Assembly (NCBI GenBank): GCA_015063785.1
Contig: SVTM01000005.1
Location: 35,841-99,840 of the forward strand
Length of the DNA: 64,000 nt
Direction: 5' to 3'
Source of the DNA: Oscillospiraceae bacterium
Lineage (GTDB): Bacteria > Bacillota > Clostridia > Oscillospirales > CAG-382
Part shown: positions 8,236 to 20,855 of the stretch, piece after piece
How the letters are laid out: the number at the start of each line of letters is the position of its first letter
Position numbering within the stretch: the first letter of the stretch is position 1
Notes under the pieces: model-generated
Seen by the model: only the letters and a program-made list of their open reading frames with translations
What the model was told of the DNA's origin: nothing
Databases searched by the model: none
Position numbers and translations under genes: made by a program

Positions 8236-10224
8236 ATGGCAAGAACATTACAAGAACTGCAAAAACAATATAATTCCTCAGCCGCCGCACAAAAAGCCAT
8301 GATGATGAGAGGTCCCGGCGGACCTCGCGGAGGAATGGGTGGAAAAGGTAAACCAAAAAACACAAAACAGACTATAAAAAGACTTTTTGGCTACGTCGGA
8401 AAATACAAGTTCCGTCTTATCGGCGTTATTTTCTGTATGCTTTTTGCCGCTGTATCAGGCCTTATCGGCTCTTTCATGCTTGCACCGATCATCAACAAAA
8501 TTTCGACTTTCATCGGTATCACAGGCGAAATGAGCGCCATGGAAAAAATGACAGACGGAGTTATCTCGTCTATCGTTTCTGCTGTGCAGGAGCCTGTTAA
8601 AAATCTTATAAACTTTATTGATTTTGGCGGTTTTGCCGACGTTATGGTATATATCTTCGTGGCACTCTTCATTCTGCTTTCGGTATATATCGTAGAGGTA
8701 ATCACAAATTATCTGCAAAGCAGAATAATGATGACAGTATCGCAAGGTTCGCTCGAAGCTATCAGAAACGACCTTTTCAGAAAACTTCAAAAGCTGCCCG
8801 TCAGATATTTTGACAATCATCCCACAGGTGAGATAATGAGCCGATTTACCAACGACGTCGATAACATCGGTATGATGCTGGATAACTCGCTGGTTTCTGT
8901 AATCTCCGGTCTTGTAACCCTTATCGGTACTCTTACCTTTATGATAACCACAAATATCTGGCTGACAATAATTACCGTTGTTTTCGTTCCTATCTTCGCA
9001 AAAGGTGGCATGATAATCGCAGGTAAAAGCCGAAAATTCTATTCGGGACAGCAAGCAGCCCTCGGAGCCATCAACGGATATATCGAAGAGACTGTAACAG
9101 GTCAAAAAGTAATCAAAGTTTTCAACCACGAGTCTGATTCTATCGAAGAGTTTTCGTCTCTTAATGACGATCTTCGCGAAAAGCAGTTCAAGGCTCAATT
9201 CTATGGCGGTATAATGGGCCCCATAATGGGAAATACCTCACAGATCAGCTATGCTCTCACCGTAGGTATCGGTGGCGTGCTCATGTGTGTTTCGGGCCTT
9301 ACACCCGGTGCTCTCACCGTATTTGCACAGTACGCAAGAAGGTTTTCTTTCCCCATAAATAACATTTCCCAGCAGGTCAGCTCAATCTTTTCGGCTCTTG
9401 CCGGTGCAGAGCGAGTTTTTGCTGTGATCGACAGCGATCCCGAACCCGCCGACATTGAAAATGCAGAAGACTTCTCTGGCGAAAAGCAGATGGAAGGTCA
9501 TGTTGTTCTCGATAATGTTTCGTTCGGATATATTCCCGAAAAAACTGTTCTCAAAAACATTTCTCTTTATGCAAAACCGGGACAAAAAATTGCCTTCGTT
9601 GGCTCCACAGGTGCGGGAAAAACCACCATCACAAACCTTCTCAACAGGTTTTATGATATCGAAGAGGGCACTATCACCATCGACGGCGTAAATATCAAAG
9701 ATATAAAAATGGACGTACTTCGAAAAAATATTGCCATGGTGCTTCAGGATACTCACCTCTTCTCGGGTACAGTCAGAGAAAACATTCGTTACGCCAGACT
9801 TGATGCCACCGACGAAGAGGTAGAACAAGCTGCAAAAACCGCCAGCGCACATTCTTTCATCATGCGCCTTGACAACGGATATGACACAATTCTCGAAGGC
9901 GACGGAGCAAACCTTTCACAGGGTCAACGCCAGCTTCTCAATATTGCTCGTGCTGCCCTTTCAAAGGCTCCCATTCTCGTTCTCGACGAAGCCACAAGCT
10001 CTGTTGACACACGTACCGAACGCCATATCGAACACGGCATGGACAGACTGATGAAAAACCGCACTACCTTCGTCATCGCCCACAGACTTTCAACCGTCAG
10101 AAATTCAAACGCCATCATGGTTCTTGAAAAGGGCGAAATAATTGAGCGCGGAAGTCACGAAGAGCTTCTTGACATGAAGGGCAGGTATTACGAGCTCTAT
10201 ACAGGAAAAGTCGAGCTCGACTGA
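8236..10224 (+). CDS. Heterodimeric ABC exporter subunit (consensus NBD)
   Basis: GSTGAGKT, LSQGQRQ, LDEATSS, IAHRLST. Confidence 0.93.
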   Translation: MARTLQELQKQYNSSAAAQKAMMMRGPGGPRGGMGGKGKPKNTKQTIKRLFGYVGKYKFRLIGVIFCMLFAAVSGLIGSFMLAPIINKISTFIGITGEMSAMEKMTDGVISSIVSAVQEPVKNLINFIDFGGFADVMVYIFVALFILLSVYIVEVITNYLQSRIMMTVSQGSLEAIRNDLFRKLQKLPVRYFDNHPTGEIMSRFTNDVDNIGMMLDNSLVSVISGLVTLIGTLTFMITTNIWLTIITVVFVPIFAKGGMIIAGKSRKFYSGQQAALGAINGYIEETVTGQKVIKVFNHESDSIEEFSSLNDDLREKQFKAQFYGGIMGPIMGNTSQISYALTVGIGGVLMCVSGLTPGALTVFAQYARRFSFPINNISQQVSSIFSALAGAERVFAVIDSDPEPADIENAEDFSGEKQMEGHVVLDNVSFGYIPEKTVLKNISLYAKPGQKIAFVGSTGAGKTTITNLLNRFYDIEEGTITIDGVNIKDIKMDVLRKNIAMVLQDTHLFSGTVRENIRYARLDATDEEVEQAAKTASAHSFIMRLDNGYDTILEGDGANLSQGQRQLLNIARAALSKAPILVLDEATSSVDTRTERHIEHGMDRLMKNRTTFVIAHRLSTVRNSNAIMVLEKGEIIERGSHEELLDMKGRYYELYTGKVELD

Positions 10225-10250
10225 TATCGCTTTTTCAAAAACAAAAACAC

Positions 10251-10295
10251 AAACGGAGACTCTTATAAAAAAGAAGTCTCCGTTTTTCTTTTTTG
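10251..10295 (+). terminator. Intrinsic terminator
   Basis: AAACGGAGACT...AGTCTCCGTTT followed by a T tract. Confidence 0.8.
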
Positions 10296-10312
10296 CTTGG
10301 ATACAAAAGGAT

Positions 10313-10321
10313 TTTTCCACA
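10313..10321 (+). promoter_or_regulatory. DnaA box upstream of dnaA
   Basis: TTTTCCACA fits TTWTNCACA. Confidence 0.7.
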
Positions 10322-10360
10322 GTTTTCGGAATATTTATCTATATAATTATATAAAAGCCC

Positions 10361-10389
10361 TTGAAAAAAAAACTGATTTATGGTATAAT
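10361..10389 (+). promoter_or_regulatory. dnaA promoter (SigA, extended -10)
   Basis: TTGAAA-17bp-TATAAT with TGn extension. Confidence 0.8.
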
Positions 10390-10440
10390 CATGATGTATA
10401 TTTTTACTGTGGGTGAATATCGCAGAAAGGAGAGACCGTC

Positions 10441-12003
10441 ATGTCACCGGAATCTGAAATCTGGCCGTCAGTGCTCGAAATTTTACGCGGAGAATTGCGT
10501 GATACAACCTTTAACCTTTGGTTCGGAGACCTTGTTCTTCAAAAGCTTGTTGATGACAAGGCGTATCTCCAAACACCAAATCTTTTCAAAAAGAAAACCA
10601 TAGAAACAAAGTTTATGGATCAGCTACGATCCGCATTTGAAAACGTAATGGGATTTGATATTACTCCCTACGTTATTTCAACCGAATCCGAATCATTCGA
10701 AACCCAGTTTTTCAACCTCATCGAAAAAGAAGCACAGGATCAGTTCATAGAAGAACAGAAAAATAAAGGAATCATCTTTGACTCCAATTACATCGCTCCC
10801 GATCCTGATGCCGAACCCGAGCTTGTTGAACCAAAAGCCCATTCCGGCGCCTTCAAACTTTCAAAAAAGAATCTTAATTTTCCGAAGGTTTACAATTCCG
10901 AAAGCGACAGCCTTGAAAACATTCCTCTCGTAAATTACTTTGAGGATCTCGGAAACCGCGACGGAATGCTTCTTATGTCAAGATCTGTTCCCGAATACCG
11001 CCCAAGCTACACCTTCGAAAACTTCGTTGTGGGCGATTCAAACCGCATGGCGTTTGCTTCTTGCGTATCGGTGGCACAATATCCCGCGGCACAAAGTAAC
11101 CCCCTATTTCTTTATGGCCCGCCGGGCATCGGAAAAACGCACCTTCTTTACGCCATTGCTCACTACGTCGAAAAGACACGACCGTCTTTTAATATCGTCT
11201 ATTGCACAAGCGAGGATTTTACAAATGAGCTTGTTTCAGCAATAACCCATAAGTCGACTGCAGATTTCCGCGAAAAATACCGTTCTGCAGACATTCTGAT
11301 GATCGACGACATTCAGTTTATAGGCGGAAAAGAAGCGACACAACTGGAATTTTTTCACACATTCAACACTCTTTATGAGTCGGGCAAGCAAATAATTGTT
11401 GCATCCGACCGGCCACCAAAGGATATCGAAGTACTCGAAAAGCGCATACGTTCAAGATTTGAATCTGGTGCTATAATCGACATAAAAAATCCCGACCCTG
11501 AGCTTCGGTCTGCTATCATCCGCAGAAAAGCCATAGACATGGGTGTTGAAATTCCCAACAGGGCCATAGATTACATTTCAGAAAACGTCCGAGAAAATGT
11601 GCGTCAGATAGAGGGCATCATCAAACACCTCAATATCTACGCTATGCTGAAAAAACAACCCATCACCGAAGAACTCGTTCGCTCGGTGGTTGGAAACGTT
11701 ACCACAGGCCCCGTCGAGATAAGCCCCGAAAAAATAATTGACGCCGTGGCACGGAACACAGACGTTTCAAGAGAAGACATTCTCGGAAAGAGCCATGCAA
11801 AAAATGTTGCCCTTGCCCGCCACATTTCGTGCTTTCTTTTGAGAAAGCTTACCGATATGTCGCTGCAACAAATCGGAAAATTTATCGGTCGCCATCATTC
11901 AACTGTGCACGATTCTATAAGATATATCGAAGACGAGAAAAAGGACGACAAGTCGCTTGACGAAAAGATAAAAACCGTCATGCGTGAACTGGGACAAAGA
12001 TAA
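10441..12003 (+). CDS. dnaA: Chromosomal replication initiator DnaA
   Basis: YTFENFVVG, NPLFLYGPPGIGKTHL, IDDIQF, FFHTFNTL, domain IV HTH; long domain II linker. Confidence 0.97.
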   Translation: MSPESEIWPSVLEILRGELRDTTFNLWFGDLVLQKLVDDKAYLQTPNLFKKKTIETKFMDQLRSAFENVMGFDITPYVISTESESFETQFFNLIEKEAQDQFIEEQKNKGIIFDSNYIAPDPDAEPELVEPKAHSGAFKLSKKNLNFPKVYNSESDSLENIPLVNYFEDLGNRDGMLLMSRSVPEYRPSYTFENFVVGDSNRMAFASCVSVAQYPAAQSNPLFLYGPPGIGKTHLLYAIAHYVEKTRPSFNIVYCTSEDFTNELVSAITHKSTADFREKYRSADILMIDDIQFIGGKEATQLEFFHTFNTLYESGKQIIVASDRPPKDIEVLEKRIRSRFESGAIIDIKNPDPELRSAIIRRKAIDMGVEIPNRAIDYISENVRENVRQIEGIIKHLNIYAMLKKQPITEELVRSVVGNVTTGPVEISPEKIIDAVARNTDVSREDILGKSHAKNVALARHISCFLLRKLTDMSLQQIGKFIGRHHSTVHDSIRYIEDEKKDDKSLDEKIKTVMRELGQR

Positions 12004-12337
12004 TATCAAAGTTTCGGTAGTTTTCCACAACGTTTTTTCCGCAAAACCCGAAATTTTTCATTGTGGAAGCCATTGGAAAAAACGCAAATTTTTCCACATT
12101 ATATTTCCGAAATTTTCCGTATTTTTCCACACGGAAAATTTTGGACAAGCCCTTGCAAAATCAGGATTTTTGCAAAACTTCCATAAAACCCGAAAACCCT
12201 ACTGTAACTATAACTAACCTTTATTATATTCACACTCATATTGCGCGAAAGACAAAAAGAGTTTTCCGAAAGCAAAGTTTCCCAAAAAAGAAGATCGCAA
12301 AAACGCCCTTCATCTTTCAGGAAAGGATAAAGAAAAA
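12004..12337. other. oriC (dnaA-dnaN intergenic)
   Basis: TTTTCCACA at 12021, 12090 and 12123; inverted TGTGGAAGC at 12062; trio-like CTACTGTAACTATAACTA at 12199-12216 followed by an AT-rich tract. Confidence 0.85.
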
Positions 12338-13468
12338 ATGAAATTTACAGCCGACAAAAAAATGCTTGAAAAATCGATTGCTCCCGTTTGCCTTGGAGTT
12401 GCACCTAAAAACACAGATCCCTTGCTCGAAGGTATCTACATCGAAGCAAAAGACGGAACTCTCACCATGTGTTCCTATGACCGAGAAAAGGGTATCAGAA
12501 CAACTCTTGAAGCAGACGTTGAAAGAGAAGGAAAGATCGTAGTTGATGCACAAAAAACATCGGCGATCATCCATTCGCTTCCCGACGGCCCGGTTACTAT
12601 CGAGGCGGACGAAAATCTCATCATGCGCATTGTCACAGACGAAGCGGATTTTCAGATTTCGGGAAAAGATGCATCCAACTATCCCGGTCTTCCAGATGTC
12701 AAGGGCGACCTTAACTATACTCTTCAGCAAAATAAGATCCGCGCAATGATAAACAAGACCCTCTTTGCTGTTTCGCAGGATGATTCCAAGCCCATCTATA
12801 CAGGCTCACTTTTTGAAATAAACGGAAATTCTCTTCGCATCACAGCTCTTGACGGTTTTCGCGTTTCTATGAGATGTGATGAAGGTCTTACCGAAAGAGA
12901 CGACCTTGATCTTCGCTTTATCATGCCCGGCAAGGCACAAAGCGATCTTCTCCGCCTTATTTCGGACAGTGACAGACCGATATCCGTTAACATGGCAAGA
13001 AAACACATCATCTTCACCTTTGACAATGTTTATTTCATCACAAGACTTCTTGACGGTGAATTTCTTGATTACAAGAAGAAGATTCCTCCTCAGCGCACTG
13101 TTGAAGCAAGAATCAACACCGCAAGATTCATTGACAGTATCGAGCGTGCGGCTCTTATCATCGACGAGCGCATAAAAAGCTCGATAAAACTCAGCTTTGC
13201 AAATGCAAATCTTAATATCAGCGTTGCTACCATGCTTGGAAAATTTAAGGACGAATTTTCTTACGAAGAATCAGTGGAAGGAAAGCTCGACATCGGCTTT
13301 AACCACAAGATACTTCTCGATGCTCTTCGCGCCATCAATGAAGAATACGTGACGGTAACTCTTTCGCACAACCTTGGTCCTATGATAATCACTCCCGATG
13401 CAAAATCCGAGGGTAACCCCGAAAGATTCCTCTATATGATCCTTCCTGTTCAGCTCAACAACGGCTGA
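12338..13468 (+). CDS. dnaN: DNA polymerase III beta sliding clamp
   Basis: 376 aa after dnaA; ALDGFRVS, RLLDGEF, IGFNHKIL, YMILPV. Confidence 0.96.
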   Translation: MKFTADKKMLEKSIAPVCLGVAPKNTDPLLEGIYIEAKDGTLTMCSYDREKGIRTTLEADVEREGKIVVDAQKTSAIIHSLPDGPVTIEADENLIMRIVTDEADFQISGKDASNYPGLPDVKGDLNYTLQQNKIRAMINKTLFAVSQDDSKPIYTGSLFEINGNSLRITALDGFRVSMRCDEGLTERDDLDLRFIMPGKAQSDLLRLISDSDRPISVNMARKHIIFTFDNVYFITRLLDGEFLDYKKKIPPQRTVEARINTARFIDSIERAALIIDERIKSSIKLSFANANLNISVATMLGKFKDEFSYEESVEGKLDIGFNHKILLDALRAINEEYVTVTLSHNLGPMIITPDAKSEGNPERFLYMILPVQLNNG

Positions 13469-13477
13469 TATTAAAGC

Positions 13478-14725
13478 ATGAAGCTTGATTTTTTGAAAGC
13501 AAAAAGCTTTCGGAACGTCGAAAATGCGGATATCACTTTTTCTGACGGTGTAAATCTGCTTTACGGAAAAAACGGAGCAGGAAAAACAAACGCGCTTGAG
13601 GCGATTTATCTTTTTGCAATATGCAAAAGCTTTCGCACCAACAGAGATTCCGACTTCATTATGCACGGCAAAGAAAAAAGCGAGATTTCAATAGGTTTTT
13701 CCGATGTATTTATAAAAAGCGGCGAAAAAACGAAGGAAATGTCGATCTCTTTTTTTCCCACCGAAAAGAAAAGATTGCTTTACGAAGGCGTAGGTATAAC
13801 AAAAATATCTGAATTTGTTGGAAGATTCAGAGCTGTTTTTTTCACCCCCGACCATCTTTCTTTGATAAAAGGCTCGCCCGAGGAAAGAAGAAAATTTGCC
13901 GATATGGCTCTTTCGCAGATTAAACCGTCGTATATCCATGCACTTAATGAATATTCGCGCATTCTTTCTCAAAGAAATACCCTTCTGCGTAACGCAAAGC
14001 TTCTGGGAAAATGTGATAAAGACCTGCTTTTTGTATATTCCGAAGCCCTGGCAAATTCTGCTGCGGTTATAACCAAACAGCGTGCGTATTTTGCCGAATA
14101 TCTTGAAAAAGAGGCATCGAAGTTTTATAAAGAGATTTCCGGACAAAAGGAAGATCTTTTTATCCGCTATATGTCCTCTGAAAAAGAAGACCCGAAGGAT
14201 CCCGAAAAAACGAGAGAAAAATATCTTTCGTTGTACACCGCAAATATCGAAAATGAAATAAAATACGGCGCCACAAAGTATGGTCCGCATAAGGACGATT
14301 TGCTTTTTTACATCGGAAAAAACGGCAGATGCGACAGTTTTTTTGACGAAGAAAGTGCAAAAAACTGCGAGTGCGATGGCGACCATTGTGATATTGTCCG
14401 CGATTTTGACGATTGCGAAAAGAAAAAAGAAAAAAATATGATAGAATTTGCTGCCCGAACCTTTGCTTCGCAGGGTCAACAAAGATCCGCAGTTCTTTCA
14501 TTAAAGCTTGCCGAGGGAGAAATAATCCGTTCGCTCACCGGCGAATATCCCGTGTATCTTTTCGACGACGTCTTGTCAGAACTCGATTGTGGCAGAAAAA
14601 GCCATCTGCTTTCGCTTTTTTCTGACAAACAGGTCATCATCACATGCTGTGATGAAAATTCTTTTGATTCATCTCTTGTGAATAACAAAATAAAAGTTGA
14701 AAACGGACTTTATACCAAAGAATAA
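13478..14725 (+). CDS. recF: DNA replication/repair protein RecF
   Basis: FRN, GKNGAGKTN, GPHKDDL, SQGQQRS, LFDDVLSELD. Confidence 0.95.
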   Translation: MKLDFLKAKSFRNVENADITFSDGVNLLYGKNGAGKTNALEAIYLFAICKSFRTNRDSDFIMHGKEKSEISIGFSDVFIKSGEKTKEMSISFFPTEKKRLLYEGVGITKISEFVGRFRAVFFTPDHLSLIKGSPEERRKFADMALSQIKPSYIHALNEYSRILSQRNTLLRNAKLLGKCDKDLLFVYSEALANSAAVITKQRAYFAEYLEKEASKFYKEISGQKEDLFIRYMSSEKEDPKDPEKTREKYLSLYTANIENEIKYGATKYGPHKDDLLFYIGKNGRCDSFFDEESAKNCECDGDHCDIVRDFDDCEKKKEKNMIEFAARTFASQGQQRSAVLSLKLAEGEIIRSLTGEYPVYLFDDVLSELDCGRKSHLLSLFSDKQVIITCCDENSFDSSLVNNKIKVENGLYTKE

Positions 14726-14739
14726 AGAAAGGCAGAACA

Positions 14740-15003
14740 ATGCATATAAACATCGGCTCGAACAAACTTGTCCGAAAAAAAGAGATCATCGGCATTTTTG
14801 ATCTCGACACCGCGTCCCACGAAAAGGACACCAAGGATTTTCTGAAATTCTGTGAAAAAAAGAAGATCCTCGAAATGTGCGGCACAGATCTGCCAAAGGC
14901 ATTTGTTGTCACCGCCGATGATAAAAAGAAAAACAAGAATAAAAACAGCAGGGTGTATCTGACGACACTTTCGTCTGCTTCCCTTGCAGGCAGAAATAAA
15001 TAA
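14740..15003 (+). CDS. remB: RemB/DUF370 family protein
   Basis: MHINIGSNKLVRKKEIIGIFDLD...LPKAFVV; conserved position between recF and gyrB. Confidence 0.88.
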   Translation: MHINIGSNKLVRKKEIIGIFDLDTASHEKDTKDFLKFCEKKKILEMCGTDLPKAFVVTADDKKKNKNKNSRVYLTTLSSASLAGRNK

Positions 15004-17139
<2,136 letters not shown>

Positions 17140-17203
17140 TATTCTGCCCTTCGCCCATCCTTAAAAAACGATATTTTTTCACACCAAAGGAGAATTTAAA
17201 AAA

Positions 17204-19816
17204 ATGAAATGGACAGGACTTAATGAGCTTCGCGAAAGCTATCTTTCCTTCTTTGAAAGTAAGGGACATTTAAGACTTCCCAGCTTTTCTCTCATTCCTC
17301 AAAACGACAACTCGCTTCTTCTCATAAATTCGGGTATGGCACCCATGAAGCCTTATTTTCAGGGCACAAAAGAGCCTCCGAGAAGAAGAGTAACCACCTG
17401 CCAGAAGTGTATCCGTACCCCCGACCTTGATAACGTTGGAAAAACTGCACGTCATGGAACTTATTTTGAAATGCTCGGAAACTTCTCTTTCGGCGATTAT
17501 TTCAAAAAAGAAGCCATCGAATGGTCGTGGGAATATTTTACAAAGGTGCTTGAGATTCCCGAAGACAGACTTTGGCCCTCTGTTTACGAAAACGACGAAG
17601 AAGCATACAATTTCTGGAAGCAGTATGTGCCCGAAGAGCGTATTGTAAAGCTCGGCAAGGCAGACAACTTCTGGGAGCACGGTTCGGGTCCCTGTGGTCC
17701 CTGCTCCGAAATCTATTTTGATCGCGGCGAAAAATACGGCTGCGGATCTCCCGATTGTAAGCCCGGCTGCGAATGTGACAGATACATGGAGATCTGGAAC
17801 AACGTTTTCTCGCAGTTTGACAACGACGGCAAAGGCAATTATACAGAACTCGTTCAGAAAAACATCGATACCGGTATGGGTCTTGAAAGACTTGCCTGCG
17901 TAATGCAGGGAGTTGACAACCTTTTCGAGGTTGACACAGTAAGAAAGATCCTTGACACCGTTTGCGAATATTCGGGCAAAAAATACGGAGAAAACTACAA
18001 CAATGACGTATCTATCCGTATTATCACCGACCATATTAGATCTTCCACATTTATGATCTGTGACGGTGTAAAACCCTCCAACGAAGGAAGAGGCTACGTT
18101 CTCAGAAGAATTCTTCGCCGTGCGGCAAGAAACGGAAGACTTCTTGGTATCAAGGGCGCTTTCCTTGCAAAGCTTTCTGACGTTGTAATTTCTCAGAACG
18201 AAAATGCATATCCCGAGCTTTCCGCAAAGAAAGATTATATTGCAAAGGTAATCTCGATAGAAGAAGAACGTTTTGATGCCACCATCGACACAGGTCTTTC
18301 TCTTCTTTCAAAAATTATTGAAGAAGCGGGAGCAAAGGGTGTTAAGGTTATTTCCGGCGAGGATACCTTTAAGCTTTATGATACCTATGGATTCCCCTTT
18401 GACCTCACAAAGGAAATCATTGCCGATGCAGGCTTTGAGGCAGACGAGGAAGAATTCAAAAAGCTCATGAACGAACAAAAGAAGCTTGCCCGCGAAAACC
18501 GCAAGGATAACGGCGGATGGAGCAAAGACGACGTTGACCTTTTTGAAAATATTGCAGAAACTGTATTCACCGGATATACCGAAACCGAAAGCGACGCGGA
18601 AGTGATGGCTGTTGCCTCAGAAGGCATGCTCGTGGACGAGCTTTGCGATGGCGAAGGCATTGTTGTTCTTGACAAAACTCCCTTCTATGGTGAAGGCGGC
18701 GGTCAGGTCGGCGACACAGGAAAAATCTGTGGCGACGGTTTTGAAGCCGAAGTTGTTGATACAAAGAAAGCAAACGGTAAATATATGCACATTGTAAACG
18801 TGCTTTCGGGTAATATCAAGGCAGGCATGAAAGTAAAGGCCGCCATCGATACCGAAAAGCGCGAAGCGATCCGCCGCAACCATTCGACAGTGCACCTTCT
18901 CCAGGCGGCACTCAGAAAAGTTCTCGGCGATCACGTTGAACAGGCAGGCTCGTACGTTGATGCAGAAAGATTCCGTTTTGACTTCTCGCACTTTGAACCT
19001 ATGACAAAGGAACAGATCGCGCAGGTTGAAGCACTTGTAAACAACTGGATCCTTTCGGGTACAGAAATCGAAAACTTCGAAACAGATATTGAAAGCGCAA
19101 AGAAGATGGGAGCTATGGCTCTCTTCGGAGAAAAGTACGGCAACACCGTAAGAGTTGTAAAGATGGGTGAATTTTCTACCGAGCTTTGCGGCGGTACTCA
19201 TATGACCAATACCGCAAAAGCAGGCCTTTGCAAGATTCTTTATGAAAGCTCTGTTGCGGCAGGCGTAAGAAGAATCGAAGGTATCACGGGCGAAAACGTT
19301 CTCTCGTATATCTACGAAAATCTCGCCGTTATGCAGGAAGCTGCAAAGAACCTCAAGGCTCAGAACATTTCGGACATCGCCGACAAGGCAGCTGCAGTTT
19401 CGGGCGAAGTAAAAGAGCTTAAGAGCAAGATCGAAGAGCTTTCGGCAGAGATTGCAAAGTCAAAGACTTCCTCTCTTACAGATAACGCACAGCAGGTTGG
19501 AGCATACAAGCTTGTGACAGCGCGTCTTGATGGCATGAGCGGCGACGAGCTTCGTGCCGCAGGCGATATTCTCAAAGACTCTGACGAAAATATCGTTGCA
19601 GTCCTCGGCTCTGTCACCGATGGAAAGGTAACACTTCTTGCAGTCTGCGGAAAAGCAGCAGTCAAAAACGGTGCTCACGCAGGCAAGATCATCAAGGAAA
19701 CTGCCGCAATCGTAGGCGGCGGCGGTGGCGGAAGACCCGACAGCGCCCAGGCAGGCGGCAAGGATGCCACAAAGCTTGACGATGCACTTGCCAACGTAAA
19801 AAATCTTTTGGCATAA
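17204..19816 (+). CDS. alaS: Alanyl-tRNA synthetase
   Basis: HGTYFEMLGNFSFGDYFK, DTGMGLER, NHSTVHLL, ELCGGTH, GGGGGRPD. Confidence 0.97.
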   Translation: MKWTGLNELRESYLSFFESKGHLRLPSFSLIPQNDNSLLLINSGMAPMKPYFQGTKEPPRRRVTTCQKCIRTPDLDNVGKTARHGTYFEMLGNFSFGDYFKKEAIEWSWEYFTKVLEIPEDRLWPSVYENDEEAYNFWKQYVPEERIVKLGKADNFWEHGSGPCGPCSEIYFDRGEKYGCGSPDCKPGCECDRYMEIWNNVFSQFDNDGKGNYTELVQKNIDTGMGLERLACVMQGVDNLFEVDTVRKILDTVCEYSGKKYGENYNNDVSIRIITDHIRSSTFMICDGVKPSNEGRGYVLRRILRRAARNGRLLGIKGAFLAKLSDVVISQNENAYPELSAKKDYIAKVISIEEERFDATIDTGLSLLSKIIEEAGAKGVKVISGEDTFKLYDTYGFPFDLTKEIIADAGFEADEEEFKKLMNEQKKLARENRKDNGGWSKDDVDLFENIAETVFTGYTETESDAEVMAVASEGMLVDELCDGEGIVVLDKTPFYGEGGGQVGDTGKICGDGFEAEVVDTKKANGKYMHIVNVLSGNIKAGMKVKAAIDTEKREAIRRNHSTVHLLQAALRKVLGDHVEQAGSYVDAERFRFDFSHFEPMTKEQIAQVEALVNNWILSGTEIENFETDIESAKKMGAMALFGEKYGNTVRVVKMGEFSTELCGGTHMTNTAKAGLCKILYESSVAAGVRRIEGITGENVLSYIYENLAVMQEAAKNLKAQNISDIADKAAAVSGEVKELKSKIEELSAEIAKSKTSSLTDNAQQVGAYKLVTARLDGMSGDELRAAGDILKDSDENIVAVLGSVTDGKVTLLAVCGKAAVKNGAHAGKIIKETAAIVGGGGGGRPDSAQAGGKDATKLDDALANVKNLLA

Positions 19817-19909
19817 ATAAAAAATATAAAGGGGAAAACATCGGCAGAAGTTTTCCCCTATGTACAACAAAAAGTCTCATAAAATTCTATCAATCAAGAG
19901 GAATATACT

Positions 19910-20248
19910 ATGGATTGCATTTTTTGTAAAATAATCGCCGGCGAAATTCCGTCAGCAAAAGTATATGAGGACGACAAGATCCTCGCTTTCAAGGATATAA
20001 ACCCCATGGCACCAGTTCATGTGCTTGTTATTCCCAAAGAGCACATTCCCTCCTGCGACGGTATCAATTCCGAAAATTCGTCGTATGTGGCACATATTTT
20101 TGAAAACATTCCTGCCATCGCAAAGGCGGCAGGTTGTACCAACGGCTATCGCGTTATCACCAACTGCGGCGAAGATGCAAAGCAGTCGGTAAAGCATCTG
20201 CATTTTCATATTCTCGGTGGAAAATCTCTCCCCGAAAACATGGGTTGA
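19910..20248 (+). CDS. hit: HIT family nucleotide-binding protein
   Basis: CIFCKII, HLHFHILGG triad. Confidence 0.95.
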   Translation: MDCIFCKIIAGEIPSAKVYEDDKILAFKDINPMAPVHVLVIPKEHIPSCDGINSENSSYVAHIFENIPAIAKAAGCTNGYRVITNCGEDAKQSVKHLHFHILGGKSLPENMG

Positions 20249-20303
20249 AGGATATTTTCAAAGATAAAACGAACTTTTTTCCGAATATGGAGGAATTTTT
20301 TCC

Positions 20304-20852
20304 ATGGCTGAACAGAAATATTATAAACTTAATGTCGCAGGTCTTGAAAGAGATCTTCCGATTTGCCCCATAAACGAACATCTTGACATTGCTGGCTTTG
20401 TAATTTTCGGCGATATCGAGCTTACTCACGCTTGCGCTGCTGAGCTTGTAAAAAAGATCCCCGAGCACGATTATATGATAACTGCCGAATCAAAGGGTAT
20501 TCCGCTTATCCACGAAATGGCAACAATTCTCAACGAAAAGAAGCATTTTGTTGCTAGAAAAGGGTTAAAAGCGTACATGGTCGACCCAATTTCAGTGCAG
20601 GTAAAATCAATAACCACAGCTGCTGTCCAGACTCTTTATCTCGACGGTGCCGATGCCGCAATGATGAGGGGAAAAAAGATTCTTATCGTCGATGATGTCA
20701 TCAGCACGGGCGAATCTGTTGTAGCTCTCGAAAAGCTTATCGAAGAAGCAGGCGGAATCGTTTGCGGAAGAGCGGCAATTCTTGCCGAAGGTGATGCCGC
20801 ACAGCGTGATGACATTGTTTTCCTTGAAGAGCTTCCGCTTTTCTTCCATTGA
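20304..20852 (+). CDS. apt: Adenine/purine phosphoribosyltransferase family
   Basis: AESKGIP, VDDVISTGES PRPP motif. Confidence 0.8.
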   Translation: MAEQKYYKLNVAGLERDLPICPINEHLDIAGFVIFGDIELTHACAAELVKKIPEHDYMITAESKGIPLIHEMATILNEKKHFVARKGLKAYMVDPISVQVKSITTAAVQTLYLDGADAAMMRGKKILIVDDVISTGESVVALEKLIEEAGGIVCGRAAILAEGDAAQRDDIVFLEELPLFFH

Positions 20853-20855
20853 TCC

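Noticed and set aside
14327-14446. Intein in RecF (or in GyrB at 15745-15864)
   Set aside because: Far too short and lacks the terminal His-Asn splice motif
17140-17203. T-box leader for alaS
   Set aside because: The 64-bp gap is too short and has no T-box motif
19830-19859. Hairpin after alaS as a terminator
   Set aside because: A 10-bp stem is present but there is no plus-strand U tract; function uncertain
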